The position numbers were made by a program, and so were the translations under genes. A model generated the notes under the pieces. It was given only the letters and a program-made list of their open reading frames with translations, made no database searches and had not been told where the DNA came from. Positions 10,695-13,037 of a DNA stretch of 13,037 nucleotides are shown here, in pieces (within the stretch, counting starts at the first letter, position 1; each line of letters begins with the position of its first letter). This DNA comes from Tubiluchus corallicola. Lineage: Eukaryota > Animalia > Priapulida. The stretch spans positions 1 to 13,037 of the forward strand of contig JAQGDQ010002145.1 of assembly GCA_030141605.1 (NCBI GenBank). Direction: 5' to 3'.

Positions 10695-10858
10695 GTTTAT
10701 ATGAAACGTGGATTTTAATGTTGCTTTGATTTAGTACTAGGCGAGTGAGGCTAATTCTCTGTAATAAAAAAATCTTTTTGTACTTATTGTATAAAAAAGT
10801 AATGTTGTTTCATATGTTCAAAATGTATTCTTTAAATAGTATGGTTACTATAATAATA

Positions 10859-11112
10859 GACCAGACGGTTTAGTCTAGTGGTAATGCGTCTGCTTTCCGT
10901 CTGGGAGGTCGTGAGTTCGAACCAGCGGCCGGGTCATACCAAAGACTTTAAAAATGGTACCTGCTGTTGCCCTGATTGACGCGTCGTATTTAGGGTAAAA
11001 GTGGGGTAATAATAGTCTCTGTTATGTAGTTGTAGGTTGTTATTTACAATCGGTGATAATAGCTCTTTGAGCTAATGTTAATTGTTGACCCAAAAGCCGA
11101 CTTTAAATAAAG

Positions 11113-11142
<30 letters not shown>
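10859..11142 (+). mobile_element. Full-length tRNA-derived SINE with Meta-domain-like core and (ATT)10 tail
   Basis: The tRNA-like head GACCAGACGG...GGCCGGGTCA has a Pol III A box (TAGTCTAGTGG, 10871-10881) and B box (GAGTTCGAACC, 10913-10923). It is followed by GGGTCATACCAAAGACTTTAAAAATGGTACCTGCTG, which resembles the MetaSINE/MESC core as I recall it, and ends AAATAAAG(ATT)10 at 11113-11142. Confidence 0.85.
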
Positions 11143-11145
<3 letters not shown>

Positions 11146-11806
11146 AGCAAGAACGACATCGGTTTGATAAATATCTCACGATATGAAATATATAGCATGT
11201 AAATATATAGCATGTAACTCAAATCATAACGTTCCGTTAGCATTTTATAATGTAAAAGTTTTGAAATGCAAGGAATTTTTCTTCTTATCTTTATTGTACT
11301 TACGAAAATTTTTAGATAAATTAGTCAAAAATTATTATATAGTCTAAATACTATTCTATTTTCATTGTCTAAGGCTTAAATTTGTGTGATTTATTTACAA
11401 TTTATTTACCATTATTTATTATAAATAGTATTTATTTACTATTTTATCTTCATTGTTTAAATTTGAGTAAAATAGGGCTTAAATTTCTGTAGTTTTTGAG
11501 ATTATTGGTTTTAACTCTTTGTGGATTTAAATATTGAATTGGGATTTTATAATTTAGGATATTAACTTACCTGCATTTTTATGTTACTATACAAGAAACT
11601 TGCTTCATTAAAACTCTTGAGTTTAGCCACTCACTTTAATACTCCTTGTTTAACATCACTGTAGAAAATGTTACACGCACAAATTAAAAAATCTAATTAC
11701 AAAATGAGTAACATGTATATTGTAGAATTCACTCTGTCTAATGTCTATGTAAAATTGTATAATGTTTGTGCAGAAATTTTTGCCTGCAAAAAGAGGCTAA
11801 TAAAGA

Positions 11807-12002
11807 CATCATCATCATCACCATCATCATCATCGTCATCATTACCGTCATCATCATCATCATCATCACCATCACCATCATCATCATCATCATCACCATC
11901 TCGTCATCATCATCATCATCTTCATCATCATCACCATCATCATCACCATCATCATCATCATCATCATTGTCATCAACATCGTCATCATCGTCATCGTCAT
12001 CG

Positions 12003-12043
<41 letters not shown>

Positions 12044-12053
12044 GTCATCATCA
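11807..12053. repeat. Imperfect (CAT)n trinucleotide microsatellite, ~82 units
   Basis: CAT repeats interrupted by CAC/CGT/CTT variants; immediately preceded by AATAAAGA. Confidence 0.96.
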
Positions 12054-13037
12054 ATTGGTATGTCTTTTGTGAACACATGTCGGTACAAATACTTTGTGGC
12101 TCAAAATGTCCCACCACAGGGGTCAAAATTTCCTTGTAATTTTAAATAATGCTGCGAAGCTTCAGCTTGACCTTCGAGCTGACCGGTGGCTACCAAACAA
12201 AACTACTTAGAAATACATTGTGATAGAATAGTAGTAACCCATCTATGCCGTACGGATTTATATTAGTGATTTCAGCTCGTGGAAGATTTTAAGGCCTCAG
12301 CCAGGCCAGCAGTTCATAACCAAAATACTATATTAATGTATAACTAAGAAAATTTAAGCTTTGTATAAGAAACCAGTTAGTATTTATACTTGTATTTTGC
12401 GATAATTCTTATCGAATTATGAATTATGAATTTATTCCACAGCAACACAAACGTACATACAAATTGATATTACATTGAAAAAAAATTATAAACTAAACGA
12501 GTTACTGTGAGGAGGAGGAAGGAGCATTGAGCTTTCGAGTCCTCCTCCAGATAAGTGGTACAATTGACAATTAACATTACATAGAATTTTCATCAGTTAT
12601 AACGTACATTAGAACAAAATAAGTTTTATTAGTAACTTAAGATCAGAATGAAAGATATTGAACGTAAATAGAATAAAATGAAATATATAATGAAATGAAA
12701 CGAAAATATAGAATGAACAACTAGAAAAAAGTGTTAGTTAAAGCAAAATATGCTAAAAGTACGTTACACGTTAATTAGACATAGTAACACAGTAAAATAT
12801 AAAAATATGACAACACAAACATGCCTGGTTTCCAAGCAGCCCCTGTGTGCATATTTGCATATCGTACAAAGGAATATGAGAACAGAAGCGGAGACAATGG
12901 TGGTCCCTGAAGCACTCCATAACAAAAAATGGCACTCGTCAAAACGCGCATTAAAAACAGCGTAGAGAGATTGTCACTATCAGTGCGCCTTTCCGCCTGA
13001 CAGCTGTTGTGAAAACTCTAGTTCTCTTGCCCTCTAT

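Larger units (their letters stand above)
5691..11365. repeat. Right arm of giant inverted repeat
   Basis: Reverse complement of 1-5663. Differences seen by eye: about 11 substitutions, a 1-bp insertion near 5948, a 4-bp deletion at 10858/10859 and a 15-bp tandem duplication (AAATATATAGCATGT) near 11178-11215. Confidence 0.98.

Noticed and set aside
10859-10936. Functional tRNA gene
   Set aside because: The anticodon and T arms pair poorly, and the sequence continues into a SINE core and tail rather than a poly-T terminator.
1-11365. Autonomous TIR/Foldback transposon or viral genome with long terminal inverted repeats
   Set aside because: No internal coding region, termini or target-site duplication are visible; the arms consist of ordinary genomic repeats.
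11668-12149. Poly-His/Ser/Asp/Met ORFs
   Set aside because: Translations of the (CAT)n microsatellite; flanking residues show no recognisable domain.
12511-12548. GGAGGAGGA/TCCTCCTCC 9-bp stem with 20-nt loop
   Set aside because: Low-complexity stem with no supporting context.
12750-12965. 71-aa ORF
   Set aside because: No recognisable motif or homology; part could be an exon but I have no support for it.

Overview
AT-rich eukaryotic DNA, probably from an invertebrate animal, with no convincing full-length protein-coding gene; all long ORFs in the supplied track except 12750-12965 are translations of simple or tandem repeats. The window is dominated by a giant near-perfect palindrome: 1-5663 is the reverse complement of 5691-11365 around a 27-bp spacer (5664-5690). 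The left arm is cut by the window edge, so the arms may be longer. From the outside inward, each arm carries a full-length tRNA-derived SINE with a Meta-like core and (ATT)n tail, an outward-facing candidate exon encoding a signal-peptide/TM-like segment, candidate inward-facing small exons with CRE/AP-1 sites, a duplicated retroposon-like 3' tail, a ~32-unit 55-bp minisatellite, and a (GA)n tract between 44-bp direct repeats. By eye, arm differences are concentrated in the ~420 bp next to the spacer (~2%) against ~0.1% elsewhere. This suggests that an older short inverted repeat seeded a recent fold-back duplication, either biological or a library/assembly artefact. The remaining ~1.7 kb has no mirror copy in the window and contains a (CAT)n microsatellite.
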